A DNA stretch of 64,000 nucleotides from Verrucomicrobiia bacterium (GCA_035495615.1 DATJFP010000071.1:65784-129783); one strand, 5' to 3'. Shown: positions 10,294 through 20,444, numbered from the stretch's first letter. Notes: generated by a model from the sequence alone, not told the origin. Program-made: numbers and translations.

Positions 10294-11517
10294 ATGTCTT
10301 TGATCGTCCAGAAGTACGGCGGAAGTTCCGTCGGAAATGCCGACCGGATCCGCAACGTGGCGCGCCGCGTCGCCGCGAAGAAAAAGCAGGGCCATAAGCT
10401 GGTCGTCGTGGTGTCGGCCATGGGCGACACAACCGATGACCTGATCACGCTGGCCGAGCAGATCACGAAGACGCCGAACGAGCGCGAGATGGACATGCTG
10501 CTCTCGACGGGTGAGCAAATTTCGGTGGCGCTGCTCGCCATGGCGATCCATGAACTGGGCGTGAAGGCCATGTCGTTTACGGGGCCGCAGGTCGGCATCA
10601 TCACGGACAAGTTTCACACGAAGGCGAAGATTCTCGACATCAATACGGACCGCATGCAGAAAGCGCTCGCGCAGGGTAATGTCGTGATCGTCGCGGGCTT
10701 CCAGGGCAAGACGTGCGAAGAAGAAGTGACGACACTCGGCCGCGGCGGCTCGGACCTCACGGCCGTCGCGCTGGCGAAAGCGCTGAAGGCCAAGTGCTGC
10801 GAGATCTACACGGACGTGGACGGCATTTACACCGCGGATCCGCGCCTCGTGCCGGACGCGCAGAAGATCGAACAGATCAGCTACGACGAAATCCTGGAGC
10901 TGGCCGCACTGGGGGCCAAGGTCATGCATTCGCGCTCGATCGAAGTCGGAAAAAAATTCAACGTTCCCATCTACGTGCGCAATTCGATGAATAATCACGA
11001 AGGCACGTTGATCACAAAGGAGAGTAAGCAAATGGAAGACGTCGTTGTCAGCGGCGTGGCGCTCACCGATGATGAGGCCAAGATCACGCTTTTCAAAGTC
11101 CCGGACCGTCCCGGCGTCGCGGCGAAGCTTTTCGCGAAGCTGTCGGATGCGAACGTCAACATCGATATGATCATCCAGAACAAGACGAGCACGAGCACGA
11201 CCGACATTTCCTTCACGGTCTTCAAAAACGAGCTGAACCGCGCGCTTGCGGTCGTAAAAAAAGCCGCGCAGTCGCTCGGCGCGCACAGCATCCATCACGA
11301 TTCCGACATCGCCAAGATCAGCGTGGTCGGCGTGGGCATGCGCTCGCATTCGGGCGTGGCGTCCAAGATGTTCGGCTGCCTTGCCCGCAAGAAGATCAAT
11401 ATCGACATGATCTCCACCTCCGAGATCAAGATTTCCTGCGTCATCAGCGGGAAAAAAGGCAAAGAAGCTCTCCGGGCCATTCACTCCGAATTCGGCCTGG
11501 GGAAAAAGAGCAAATAA
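10294..11517 (+). CDS. lysC: aspartate kinase (with C-terminal ACT domains)
   Basis: N-terminus VQKYGGSSVG... followed by the AVVSAMGDTTD motif. An AGGAAG SD precedes it. Confidence 0.9.
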   Translation: MSLIVQKYGGSSVGNADRIRNVARRVAAKKKQGHKLVVVVSAMGDTTDDLITLAEQITKTPNEREMDMLLSTGEQISVALLAMAIHELGVKAMSFTGPQVGIITDKFHTKAKILDINTDRMQKALAQGNVVIVAGFQGKTCEEEVTTLGRGGSDLTAVALAKALKAKCCEIYTDVDGIYTADPRLVPDAQKIEQISYDEILELAALGAKVMHSRSIEVGKKFNVPIYVRNSMNNHEGTLITKESKQMEDVVVSGVALTDDEAKITLFKVPDRPGVAAKLFAKLSDANVNIDMIIQNKTSTSTTDISFTVFKNELNRALAVVKKAAQSLGAHSIHHDSDIAKISVVGVGMRSHSGVASKMFGCLARKKINIDMISTSEIKISCVISGKKGKEALRAIHSEFGLGKKSK

Positions 11518-11519
11518 CC

Positions 11520-13106
11520 ATGGCCGCTTCGAAGGGGAAATCCTTCCCTAAAAAAATCCTTTTCTATGACACGACCCTGCGCGACGGAACGCAGTCGGAG
11601 GGCATCAGCCTGTCCCTGCAGGACAAACTCATGATCGCCAAGCGCCTCGACGAGTTCGGCATGCATTACATCGAAGGCGGCTGGCCCGGCTCGAACCCCA
11701 AGGATCTCGCCTTTTTCAAGGAAGTCAAAAACATCGGCATTCGTCACGCCAAGATCGCGGCGTTCGGCTCCACGCGGCGCATGCACACGCGCGTGCAGGA
11801 AGACGTCAACGTCAAGGCCCTGCTGGAATCGAAGACCAAGGTGGTCACGATCTTCGGCAAGTCGTGGGATTTTCACGTGACGGAAGTCTTCAAGGTCTCG
11901 CTGAAAGAAAACCTGAACATGATTTACGAGACCGTGGCTTATCTCAAATCCAAAAAGCTGGAAGTCATTTACGACGCCGAGCATTTCTTCGACGGCTTCA
12001 AGGCCAATCCGGAATACGCGATCAAGGCGCTGCAGGCCGCGGTGCGCGGCGGCGCGGACAACCTCACGCTCTGCGACACGAACGGCGGCACGCTGCCGCA
12101 CGAAGTGCGCCGCGCGATCCTGCGCGTGAAGCGCTCGTTCAAGACGCCGCTCGGCATTCACTGCCACAACGACGGCGAGCATGCGGCCGCCAATTCCATC
12201 CAGGCCGCGGGCGAAGGCGCGGTCCTCATCCAGGGCACGGTCAACGGGCTGGGCGAGCGCTGCGGCAACGCGAACCTCATGAGCATCATCCCGATCCTGC
12301 AGCTCAAAATGAAGCAGAACTGTTTTTCGCCCAAGAAGCTGAAGGAGCTGACGCAGGTTTCCTATTATGTCGCCGAGATCTGCAACATGCCGATCCCGCT
12401 GAACCAGCCGTTCACCGGCCGGGCGGCTTTTGCCCACAAGGGCGGCGTGCACATCAACGCCATGATGAAAAACCCCGGCACATACGAGCACATGGACCCG
12501 CGGGTCATCGGCAATCACCGCCGTTTCCTCGTTTCCGAGCTCGGCGGCAAGACCAACATCATGATGAAGGCCAAAGAGCTGCAGCTGAATCTGGATAAGG
12601 AATCGCCGGAAACGCGCAAGATTCTCACCGAAATCCAGAAGCGGGAGAACGAAGGCTATCAGTATGAGGCGGCCGAGGCCAGCTTTGAGCTCATGGTCCA
12701 GAAAATCCTGGGCAAAGAGAAGACTTTTTTTGCGGCGTCCGACGTTTATATTTCCGCGGAAAGCATCGGCGATGCGAATCCCACGGTGCACGCAAACGTC
12801 ACGGTGAAAGTGAAGAACAAGGTGAAGCAGGGCAAGGCCCTGGGCGACGGCCCCGTCGACGCGCTTTACAAGGCGCTGCGCGAAGGGCTGATCAAGTTCT
12901 ATCCCGTCATCGGTGAAATCCGCCTGACCGATTATAAAGTGCGCGTCGTCAACTCCGAGGCGGGCACGGCCGCGAAGGTGCGCGTCTTTATCGAGTTCCA
13001 GGACAAGGACCGCATCTGGACCACGGTGGGCGTGGACAAGAACATCATCGAGGCCAGCTGGATCGCGCTTGTGGACGCCATTCAGTACAAATTGCTGAAG
13101 GGTTAG
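11520..13106 (+). CDS. cimA: (R)-citramalate synthase (IPMS family, CimA type)
   Basis: DTTLRDGTQ motif and the CimA-typical [12 protein letters not shown] motif. Its 528-aa length is consistent with bacterial CimA. Confidence 0.75.
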   Translation: MAASKGKSFPKKILFYDTTLRDGTQSEGISLSLQDKLMIAKRLDEFGMHYIEGGWPGSNPKDLAFFKEVKNIGIRHAKIAAFGSTRRMHTRVQEDVNVKALLESKTKVVTIFGKSWDFHVTEVFKVSLKENLNMIYETVAYLKSKKLEVIYDAEHFFDGFKANPEYAIKALQAAVRGGADNLTLCDTNGGTLPHEVRRAILRVKRSFKTPLGIHCHNDGEHAAANSIQAAGEGAVLIQGTVNGLGERCGNANLMSIIPILQLKMKQNCFSPKKLKELTQVSYYVAEICNMPIPLNQPFTGRAAFAHKGGVHINAMMKNPGTYEHMDPRVIGNHRRFLVSELGGKTNIMMKAKELQLNLDKESPETRKILTEIQKRENEGYQYEAAEASFELMVQKILGKEKTFFAASDVYISAESIGDANPTVHANVTVKVKNKVKQGKALGDGPVDALYKALREGLIKFYPVIGEIRLTDYKVRVVNSEAGTAAKVRVFIEFQDKDRIWTTVGVDKNIIEASWIALVDAIQYKLLKG

Positions 13107-13108
13107 CG

Positions 13109-15844
13109 ATGAGTCTCATGGAACTCGAAAAGCAGTACAATTCGAAAGAAGTCGAGGCGCGCTGGTACCAGGTTTGGGAAGAAAAAGGCTGGTTCCGCCC
13201 GCGCTCGGACCGTGAAGGCAAGGCCGCCCACAAGAAGAAGTACGTCATCGTCATCCCGCCCCCTAACGTGACCGGCGTCCTGCACATGGGACACGCGCTC
13301 AACAACTCCATCCAGGATATTCTCACGCGCTGGCATCGCATGAAAGGCGAGGACACGCTCTGGGTGCCGGGCGTGGACCACGCGGGCATTGCCACGCAGA
13401 ACGTCGTCGAGAAAAAACTCGCCAAAGAAAAGATCACGCGCAATCAGCTCGGCCGCGAAAAATTCCTCGAGCAGGTCTGGAAATGGAAAGAGGAGCACGG
13501 CAGCACGATCACGCGCCAGCTCCGCCGCCTCGGCGCTTCCTGCGACTGGACGCGCGAGCGTTTCACCATGGATGAAGGCCTTTCGAAGGCCGTGCGCGAA
13601 TGCTTTGTCACGCTCTACAAACGCGGCCTGATTTACCAGGGCCATTACATTATTAATTGGTGCCCGCGCTGCCAGACCGCGCTTTCGGACGAAGAAGCCG
13701 CGCACAAGGACACGCAGGGCGCGCTTTACCACATCAAATATCCCATCGCGGGCAAGGGCAAGAAGGCCGAAGAGCCGGGCGTGGACCATATCGTGGTGGC
13801 CACGACGCGTCCTGAGACGCTGCTCGGCGACACCGCGGTCGCGATCAATCCGAAAGATCCCCGCTACAAATCGTTGATCGGCAAGAAAGTCGTACTGCCG
13901 CTGCTGGGCCGTGAAATCCCGGTGATCACGGACGAATTTGTGGATCCGGAATTCGGCACCGGCGTCGTGAAGGTGACGCCCGCGCATGATCCGAACGACT
14001 TCGAAATGGGGCGCCGCCACAAGCTGCCCGAAATCAATGTCATGCATCCCAACGGTTCCATCAACGAAAACGGCGGGCCTTATAACGGCCTCGACCGTTT
14101 CGAGGCGCGCAAGCGCGTGGTCGAAGATCTCGAGGCCCAGGGCCTTTTCGTGAAGCGCGTCGCGCACGGCCACGCGGTGGGCCATTGCTACCGCTGCGAC
14201 ACGGTCGTCGAGCCGTACCTTTCCAAGCAGTGGTTCGTGAAAATGAAACCGCTCGCGGAAAAAGCGCTGAAGGCGCATGCCGCGGGCAAGACAAAGTTCT
14301 ATCCGGACCGCTGGACCAAGGTTTACACGAACTGGCTGGAAGGCATCCGCGACTGGTGCATCTCGCGCCAGATCTGGTGGGGCCACCGCATTCCGGTCTG
14401 GTACTGCGAGCCTTGCCGCGCCAAAGCCAAAGGCGCCGGAGACAAAGGCGTGATCGTCAGCAGCGCGGACCCGCAGAAATGCCCGCAATGCGGAAACGCG
14501 TCGCTCACGCAGGACCCGGACGTGCTGGATACCTGGTTTTCTTCCTGGCTCTGGCCTTTTTCCACGCTGGGCTGGCCGGAACAAAGCGAAGACCTGAAAC
14601 ATTTCTATCCCACGTCCGATCTCGTGACCGCGCCGGAAATTCTTTTCTTCTGGGTGGCGCGCATGATCATGGCCGGCCTGGAATTCATGGGCGAGGTCCC
14701 GTTCAACCGGATTTATCTTCACGGCACGGTGCGGGCGCAGAGCGGGCTCAAAATGTCCAAGTCGCTGGGCAATGCCATCGACCCGCTGGAAGTGATCGAC
14801 GAAACCGGCGCGGACGCGCTGCGCTACAGCATGGTCATGCTTTCCGCGCAGGATGTTTACCTTTCCCGCGAAAAATTCGAGATGGGCCGTAACTTCACGA
14901 ACAAACTGTGGAACGCGGCGCGCTTCGTGCTCATGAAGCTTGAAGGCTTCGAGACCGGCGCTTCGGAACTGGACATCCATTTGAAAAGCGCGCCCATCAC
15001 CACGCGCTGGATTCTCTCGAAACTGGAAAAAACCGTGAACGAAGTGGAAAGTTACCTGCGCGCGTTCGGCATGGCCCAGGCTTCTTCAGCGGCCTATCAC
15101 TTCGTGTGGAACGATTACTGCGACTGGTTTATCGAGCTGGCCAAGCCGTCGCTCGGCGAAGGTTCGCTGCACGACAAGGAAGAAACGCAGAAAGTCCTCT
15201 TTTACGTGCTCGAGCGGATTTGCAGGCTCCTGCATCCTTTCATGCCGTTCATTACCGAAGAGCTCTGGCAGAAGCTGCGCGGCATGGCCAAAGACAAGGA
15301 CAAGTGGCCGGAAACGCTGCTGCTGGCCGCATGGCCCCATTCGGAAAAGCCCAGGTTCGAGGACGCGGAAGCCGAGCGCTCGATCGAAGTGCTCCAGCGC
15401 GCGGTCATCGCGATCCGCGACCTGCGCTCCAGCTTCAACATTCCGCCGATCCAGAAGCTCGATGCGGTCATTAATTCGCGCGACGCCGCGGTCCTTAAAA
15501 CGCTCGAACTGTATAAAACCGAAATTGCGACCCTTGGCCGCCTTTCCGACGTCGGGATCAGCCAGGGAATTTCCAAGGCCAAAACCCACGTGGGTAATTC
15601 TTACGCGGACATGGACGTCTTCCTTAATGTGGAAGGCCTCATTGACCGCGAAAAGGAAAAAGAACGCATCGCCGGCAAGATCAAGGAAAAGGAAACGTAT
15701 CTCGCCGTGCAGGAAAAGAAACTCTCGAACGAGAACTTCGTGAAGAACGCCCCCAAAGACGTCGTCGATGCCGAGCGCGCCAAGATGGATGAGGCCAAGC
15801 AGGTCATCGAATCCTATCGCAGGCAGCTTTCCTTTTTTCAATGA
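13109..15844 (+). CDS. valS: valine--tRNA ligase
   Basis: HIGH-type motif [14 protein letters not shown], the KMSKS motif and a C-terminal coiled coil. Confidence 0.95.
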   Translation: MSLMELEKQYNSKEVEARWYQVWEEKGWFRPRSDREGKAAHKKKYVIVIPPPNVTGVLHMGHALNNSIQDILTRWHRMKGEDTLWVPGVDHAGIATQNVVEKKLAKEKITRNQLGREKFLEQVWKWKEEHGSTITRQLRRLGASCDWTRERFTMDEGLSKAVRECFVTLYKRGLIYQGHYIINWCPRCQTALSDEEAAHKDTQGALYHIKYPIAGKGKKAEEPGVDHIVVATTRPETLLGDTAVAINPKDPRYKSLIGKKVVLPLLGREIPVITDEFVDPEFGTGVVKVTPAHDPNDFEMGRRHKLPEINVMHPNGSINENGGPYNGLDRFEARKRVVEDLEAQGLFVKRVAHGHAVGHCYRCDTVVEPYLSKQWFVKMKPLAEKALKAHAAGKTKFYPDRWTKVYTNWLEGIRDWCISRQIWWGHRIPVWYCEPCRAKAKGAGDKGVIVSSADPQKCPQCGNASLTQDPDVLDTWFSSWLWPFSTLGWPEQSEDLKHFYPTSDLVTAPEILFFWVARMIMAGLEFMGEVPFNRIYLHGTVRAQSGLKMSKSLGNAIDPLEVIDETGADALRYSMVMLSAQDVYLSREKFEMGRNFTNKLWNAARFVLMKLEGFETGASELDIHLKSAPITTRWILSKLEKTVNEVESYLRAFGMAQASSAAYHFVWNDYCDWFIELAKPSLGEGSLHDKEETQKVLFYVLERICRLLHPFMPFITEELWQKLRGMAKDKDKWPETLLLAAWPHSEKPRFEDAEAERSIEVLQRAVIAIRDLRSSFNIPPIQKLDAVINSRDAAVLKTLELYKTEIATLGRLSDVGISQGISKAKTHVGNSYADMDVFLNVEGLIDREKEKERIAGKIKEKETYLAVQEKKLSNENFVKNAPKDVVDAERAKMDEAKQVIESYRRQLSFFQ

Positions 15845-16323
15845 CGGACCTTCCCGGCGGCATGATCCTCGCCACGCTCTGTTATGTCAAAAAAAACGGC
15901 AAGACCCTCATGATGCAGCGGGGCAAGCGCCCCGGGGACATGCACGCGGGCAAATGGAACGGCCTGGGCGGCAAGATGAATCCCGGGGAAACGCCGGAAG
16001 AATGCTGCGTCCGCGAAGTGCGCGAGGAATCCGGCCTCGAAGTCCGCCGGCCCAAGCTCCACGGGATCATCACCTTCCCGAAATTCAATGAGAAGCACGA
16101 TTGGTACGCGTTCGTGTTTACGGCGGACGAATTCGACGGCGAGCCGTTTGCGGAATGCGACGAAGGGCGTCTGGAGTGGATCGGGGACGCGAAGGTGCCG
16201 GAGCTGCCGCTTTGGGAAGGGGACCGCGTGTTTCTAAAGTGGCTGGATCAGGAAAAGTTTTTTTCCGCGAAATTTATTTATCAGCACGGCCAGTACATCC
16301 GCCATGAGGTTGTTTTTTACTGA
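15841..16323 (+). CDS. NUDIX hydrolase (MutT-like)
   Basis: Nudix box G(X5)E(X7)[10 protein letters not shown]. Its start overlaps the valS stop (ATGA). Confidence 0.8.
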   Translation: MTDLPGGMILATLCYVKKNGKTLMMQRGKRPGDMHAGKWNGLGGKMNPGETPEECCVREVREESGLEVRRPKLHGIITFPKFNEKHDWYAFVFTADEFDGEPFAECDEGRLEWIGDAKVPELPLWEGDRVFLKWLDQEKFFSAKFIYQHGQYIRHEVVFY

Positions 16324-17792
16324 GCGGGAGCTTCGCCGGTTTTGGTCAGGAGGGCCGCTTCGATGCCGGGCCCTTCGAACACGCGGGTTTCGTAACCCGC
16401 GGTGGACGCGCGCAGCAGCTCGGAAAGCCCCGGCCAATGGCGCGCCGCGCGGAAGCGCCCGCTTTGCACGACCAGGATTTTTTTCCCCGCATCCATCCTC
16501 TGAGCCCCGCCTTCCGCGAGCCACTGAAACGCGTCATAGCCTTCGACTTTGGCGGCGGCCTTTCCTTCGGGCGGGGGAAAAACCGAAAAATCCAGCCCCA
16601 GGTCGGTTTCGACGTCCAGCACGATTTGATCGACGGGGTCCGGCGAGCCGGCGGCGGTGTCGCGCAGGAAATGCTGGAGCGTTTCCTTTTGGCGGACAAG
16701 ACGGATGTGCGCGGCTTTGGAGCGGTATTGCCCGGCGATCAGCGGGAAATTGCCCGCGAGATTGGCAGCCAGCGTCGCGGCGATCAAAACCCGTGCGAGC
16801 CTCGTCTCGGCGCGCATGTCTTGAGCGAGGACAAGGAGCAGCGAGATCGCGGGAAACCAGTACCATCCGACGTACCGCGCATTGAACGCGCTCATGAGAA
16901 AGGAAGTCCCGGCGGCCAGAAACCAGGCTGCGAGAAAAGATCGCCTCAGGCCCGCGGCCCAGGCAAGGAAGAGGAACCACAGGAAAGCGGGCGGGTTCAG
17001 ACCCCAATTAAAAAAACCGCCGTTGAACATGGCGTCCCAATGCCAGTCCTGATTCCAGAGGATCCCGGCGATGTGGCTCAGGGAATAGACTTTGTCCGGG
17101 CTGTAATGCTGCACGCGCAGCCAGTAATATTCGGGATGCAGGATCATGAAAGGATTGGCGAGATAGAATCCGATCAGGCAGCCCAGCAAAAGGCCCGGCA
17201 CGAATGTCCTGGGTTTTCGCGCGGCAAGTCCCGCGGCCACGGCGAAAACCGCGTAGCAAACGCCGTTCAGTTTGAGCCCGATCGAGAAGCCGATCAAAAC
17301 GGCCGCCAGCATGACCGCAGCGAAGCGTTCCGCGCGCAGCGCCGCGAAACAGCCGGCCAGTCCCGCCAGCACGGAAAAAAATTCAGGACCTGATATTTTT
17401 CCCGTCCACCACGCCATCGGAAATGTGAGCCATAAGAGCAAGACGAAAAGCCCGGAGCGCCCCTGCCGCCGGGCTTCGGCTGCGGCGGTAAGCGGGACCG
17501 CGAGGCAGGCCGCATAGGCCAGGGCGCGGAAAATCAGAAGCGGGGCCGGCGGCGCGAGGAACGCGGCCAGCAGGCTATACGCGATCCAATAGACCGCGCC
17601 GTAGATGAGGTAGCTTTCCTGCCAGAAAAAATAGCGCCAGAATCCCTGGCCCTGGAAAATGCCCGCGAAATAATAAGCGTCTTTCAGGAACCACGATTCG
17701 TCATTAGCCCACGCGCGCAGGAAATAAACCGGGACGAGGGCCAGGGCATAACCCAGGAAAAGAAAAAAAGCGGCGGTCGTTTTTTTGCTCAT
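16317..17792 (-). CDS. polytopic membrane protein, putative GT-C-fold glycosyltransferase (ArnT/PMT-like), with a C-terminal soluble domain
   Basis: About 11 aromatic-rich TM segments after MSKKTTAAFFLF. The start at 17792 (ATG MSKK) is chosen over the Arg-rich upstream extension to 18335. The stop overlaps the nudix stop by 7 nt. Confidence 0.4.
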   Translation of the reverse strand: MSKKTTAAFFLFLGYALALVPVYFLRAWANDESWFLKDAYYFAGIFQGQGFWRYFFWQESYLIYGAVYWIAYSLLAAFLAPPAPLLIFRALAYAACLAVPLTAAAEARRQGRSGLFVLLLWLTFPMAWWTGKISGPEFFSVLAGLAGCFAALRAERFAAVMLAAVLIGFSIGLKLNGVCYAVFAVAAGLAARKPRTFVPGLLLGCLIGFYLANPFMILHPEYYWLRVQHYSPDKVYSLSHIAGILWNQDWHWDAMFNGGFFNWGLNPPAFLWFLFLAWAAGLRRSFLAAWFLAAGTSFLMSAFNARYVGWYWFPAISLLLVLAQDMRAETRLARVLIAATLAANLAGNFPLIAGQYRSKAAHIRLVRQKETLQHFLRDTAAGSPDPVDQIVLDVETDLGLDFSVFPPPEGKAAAKVEGYDAFQWLAEGGAQRMDAGKKILVVQSGRFRAARHWPGLSELLRASTAGYETRVFEGPGIEAALLTKTGEAPAQ

Positions 17793-17885
17793 GAAGGCCG
17801 GATCCTCGAATGTCTTTTTATCGGCCGGAAACGCGGGTTTTAAAGAAGTCTCAGTTTTGACGGCCTCGAGCCGATAGATTGGGGC

Positions 17886-18278
17886 ATGATGACGGAACAG
17901 AAAATAACGCGTTTGGCCGTGGTCGCCGGCGCCGGCGCCGCCTTCCTGTTCGCGGGCTGGGGGATCAGCCAGGACGAAGGACTGTCCTGGTGGAACGCGT
18001 CCTTCGCGGCCTACCTTATTCTGATTCCCTGGACGGCTTTCGGCATGCTGAAGTTCCGTTACCGCTCCATGGTCATCGGCAATTTTCTGACGGCCGGCCT
18101 GCTTGCCTTCGGCGTTTATGCCGCGCATTTTGCCTGGAGCTTCTGGCTTTTCAAAGAACCCACGGTGACCGACCGCATTCTGGCGCTTTTCCGCCCGCAG
18201 GTTTTCTGTCTGGTCGCGGGGCCCGTGATCTGGTTCCTTTATTTTTCCCGCCGCAGCGTCCGCCAGCTTTTCTCCTGA
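17886..18278 (+). CDS. small integral membrane protein (about 4 TM), hypothetical
   Basis: Divergent from the GT-C-like gene (93-bp spacer). Hydrophobic with Trp-rich TM segments. Confidence 0.35.
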   Translation: MMTEQKITRLAVVAGAGAAFLFAGWGISQDEGLSWWNASFAAYLILIPWTAFGMLKFRYRSMVIGNFLTAGLLAFGVYAAHFAWSFWLFKEPTVTDRILALFRPQVFCLVAGPVIWFLYFSRRSVRQLFS

Positions 18279-18540
18279 GTTTCCCGTAGGACCCCGGTAA
18301 ATTTTTCGCCGCTCCTTTATTTGCGGTCTCCGCATGCCGATATTTAAGAGCCGAACGAAACTTGCTCATAAATTTATTTATAGACGAAAAGGTGCCTTAT
18401 GACCATGCCTCACGAAGATCAAGCTTCGAACCATGACGCGGACCAGGTCCTGACCATGACGGGACGCAGGAAAAAGGAAACGCCCGAGCCGCTTTCCGCC
18501 GGGCAAGGCCGGATGAAAAAGCGGTAAGGAGGAGGAAAAC

Positions 18541-18897
18541 ATGACAAAGATTCTGATTGTCGACGATGAAAAAGAAATTTGCAGCCGCCTGAAGCACTAC
18601 TTCACGGCCGCGGGGTATCAGGTTTTTACTGCGGGCAGGACGGCCGAGGCTTTGGGCGTGATCCGTGCTGAATCTCCGGAAGTGGTGCTGCTCGACGTTC
18701 CGGAAAAAGGATCGAGCCTGGAACTCCTCCAGCACGCGGGAAGCGAAACGCAGGTGATTCTGGTCGCCGCGGACGCGGACAATGAAAAAGTGCGCCGCGC
18801 GCTGATCTCCGGGGCTGCGGGATGCGTTGCGAAACCGTACACGATGGACGATTTGGAAGATGCCGTGCGCCGGCAGACGGGCTGCATCGCGGCGTGA
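18541..18897 (+). CDS. stand-alone response-regulator receiver domain (CheY-like)
   Basis: Strong SD AGGAGGAGG. DD pair, phospho-acceptor Asp in VVLLDV and Lys in VAKP. The conserved Thr/Ser position reads Ala (ILVAAD). Confidence 0.8.
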   Translation: MTKILIVDDEKEICSRLKHYFTAAGYQVFTAGRTAEALGVIRAESPEVVLLDVPEKGSSLELLQHAGSETQVILVAADADNEKVRRALISGAAGCVAKPYTMDDLEDAVRRQTGCIAA

Positions 18898-18903
18898 CCC
18901 GGC

Positions 18904-19851
18904 TTATTCCAGCCAGATCCGCATGACTTTCAGAATGTCGATCTGCGACAAGATGCCGACCAGCGTGTTGTCGGAATCCACGACGGGCAGCGCTCCGTAC
19001 TTTTCCCTCGCCATGATGCTGACGGCCTTGTAAAGCGGGTCCTCCGGACGCACCGTCACGGGATTGGGCGTCATGACGTGTTCCAGGATCAGCGAGTCGA
19101 GTTCGGTCTCTTCGAAATAATACCCTTCCTCCGTGCGCTTGGGCGTGATGTGGCGCAGCAGATTGTCCTCCGAAACCAGCCCCACCAGTTTAAAGCGGTT
19201 GTCGACTACGGGAATGTGCCGGATGTGGTACTCCCGCAATTTCTCGACCACGGCGCTCAGCTTGTCCGAAATTTGTTCGTGCATGCCGAGCGTCGAAGAG
19301 GCCGCGCGCGCGGTGATGACCCGCCGGCTCATGACGTCCTGCACCAGGATGCTTTTCGTGAAATGATGCGGGACGAGAGAAGGGGGAAGATGCGAAGCGG
19401 GCATAGCTTCTTCGTGGGGCTTCGGCGGCGTTTCGGCCGTTTCGTGTTCCCCGGCAAAAGAAGGCTGAAGATGCGACACGGTCTTTTTTTCCGTGATGCT
19501 CCGGATGAGCTCTAAAAGCTCCGGAACCTTGAACGGTTTGGTCATGAAGCCGCTGACCGGGAGATCGTGAAAGAGGTTCCGGAATTCGTTGCGTCCGGTC
19601 ATGACGATGATGGGGTAACGCGGCTTGCCGTCCACGCGGCTGGCGATGCTGTGATAAAACGCGATGCCGCCCATCTTGGGCATGGCAATGTCGAGGATGA
19701 TGACGTCGGGTTTGATTTTTTCGAGAGTCTTCAGCGCTTCTTTGCCGTTGACGGCCGTGACGACTTCGTAGCCTTCGCCGCTCAGGATCTCTTCCACGAG
19801 ACAGAGGAAATCCTCTTCATCGTCGATGACCAGGATTTTGGACTGCGACAT
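18904..19851 (-). CDS. response regulator with receiver domain + tandem CBS domains
   Basis: Canonical REC (ILVIDDEED, ILDIAMPKMGG, VMTG, TKPF) and two CBS motifs in the C-terminal half. The start at 19851 (MSQSK) has SD GGAGGGG 6 nt upstream; the ORF extends to 19875. Confidence 0.8.
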   Translation of the reverse strand: MSQSKILVIDDEEDFLCLVEEILSGEGYEVVTAVNGKEALKTLEKIKPDVIILDIAMPKMGGIAFYHSIASRVDGKPRYPIIVMTGRNEFRNLFHDLPVSGFMTKPFKVPELLELIRSITEKKTVSHLQPSFAGEHETAETPPKPHEEAMPASHLPPSLVPHHFTKSILVQDVMSRRVITARAASSTLGMHEQISDKLSAVVEKLREYHIRHIPVVDNRFKLVGLVSEDNLLRHITPKRTEEGYYFEETELDSLILEHVMTPNPVTVRPEDPLYKAVSIMAREKYGALPVVDSDNTLVGILSQIDILKVMRIWLE

Positions 19852-20074
19852 GATCCCCTCCGCAAGCCCGGGCATTTTCCTTGGAAAACGCCTCTATAAT
19901 TAACCCTATCACGGTTGTCCCGGCCTACAAGCAGATGCTAGAAGAAGTAATGATTGATAGTTTGCCGGGAGGGTTTTTCCCGGGGCTTGATATGCCGCGG
20001 AATTAAGTTTAATCGCTTCGGAGACAAGCAGATAGCGGGCGCCGTCCGGCAAAACCCGCGGCGGGGGGCCGGTT

Positions 20075-20350
20075 TCAGCGGCCCGTTTTTTGCGGATTTT
20101 CGTCAGGGCCGTCTTCTCCGCCGTGTCCCAGCCGCCGGCGCCAGGCCCCCAGTTTTTCGCGAAGGACCGGAAAGCGGTTTTCGAGCCGTACGACGAAACG
20201 ATGGAAAAAAGGAATGTCCACGGAGAGCAGCAGAAGCCCCGTTCCGAGAAAAAGAATTCCCTGCAGCACGGGAAGGAAGAGCCCGAGAAAACCCAGGATC
20301 AGGAAAAGAATGCCTGAGGTGATCCGGAATATTTTGAGGAGGGGTTTCAT
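20075..20350 (-). CDS. small membrane protein, DUF454/YbaN-like (N-terminal TM hairpin only)
   Basis: LGFLGLFLPVLQGILFLGTGLLLLS resembles the YbaN/DUF454 PGPGW-type segment. There is no SD, and the start abuts the structured element at 20352-20444. Confidence 0.35.
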   Translation of the reverse strand: MKPLLKIFRITSGILFLILGFLGLFLPVLQGILFLGTGLLLLSVDIPFFHRFVVRLENRFPVLREKLGAWRRRLGHGGEDGPDENPQKTGR

Positions 20351-20351
20351 G

Positions 20352-20444
20352 GAGAAATAAAATAGGGCGCACCCGTTGGAAAATCCAGGGATTTTTGCGC
20401 CCTTCTCGGCGTGCCCCGAGAGAGGGGATTGGCTCCCGGGGCAC
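20352..20444 (-). terminator. tandem GC-rich hairpins followed on the minus strand by a T-rich tract; probable intrinsic terminator of the FecR-domain gene, or a structured leader of the DUF454-like ORF
   Basis: Two hairpins, GTGCCCCG...CGGGGCAC and GGGCGCA(AAAATCC..GGATTTT)TGCGCCC, followed on the minus strand by tattttatttct. Confidence 0.45.

Noticed and set aside
16317-18335. Full 672-aa extent of the minus-strand ORF, plus the overlapping plus-strand ORFs 16304-16885 and 16437-17393
   Set aside because: The first 181 codons are Arg/Gly-rich and non-membrane, and they overlap the divergent small TM gene region. The hydrophobic protein plausibly starts at MSKK (17792). The plus-strand ORFs are Arg-rich artefacts.
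18399-18527. 41-codon hydrophilic ORF (MTMPHEDQASNHD...) just upstream of the stand-alone REC gene
   Set aside because: No convincing SD and composition typical of chance ORFs. It is kept only as a note because its stop is 13 nt before the strong REC SD.
20045-20092. GGCCG-gtttcag-CGGCC hairpin plus TTTTTT on the plus strand, overlapping the 3' end of the DUF454-like ORF
   Set aside because: It is oriented as a plus-strand terminator where no plus-strand gene ends. A second small hairpin (CCCGCgGCGGG followed by TTTT on the minus strand) may terminate the minus-strand gene. The evidence was too weak to list as a feature.
20352-20444. Guanidine-II (mini-ykkC) riboswitch: two GC hairpins upstream of a small membrane protein
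   Set aside because: Neither hairpin loop carries the conserved ACGR tetraloop, and the second stem has an essentially closed loop. A terminator or attenuator is more likely.
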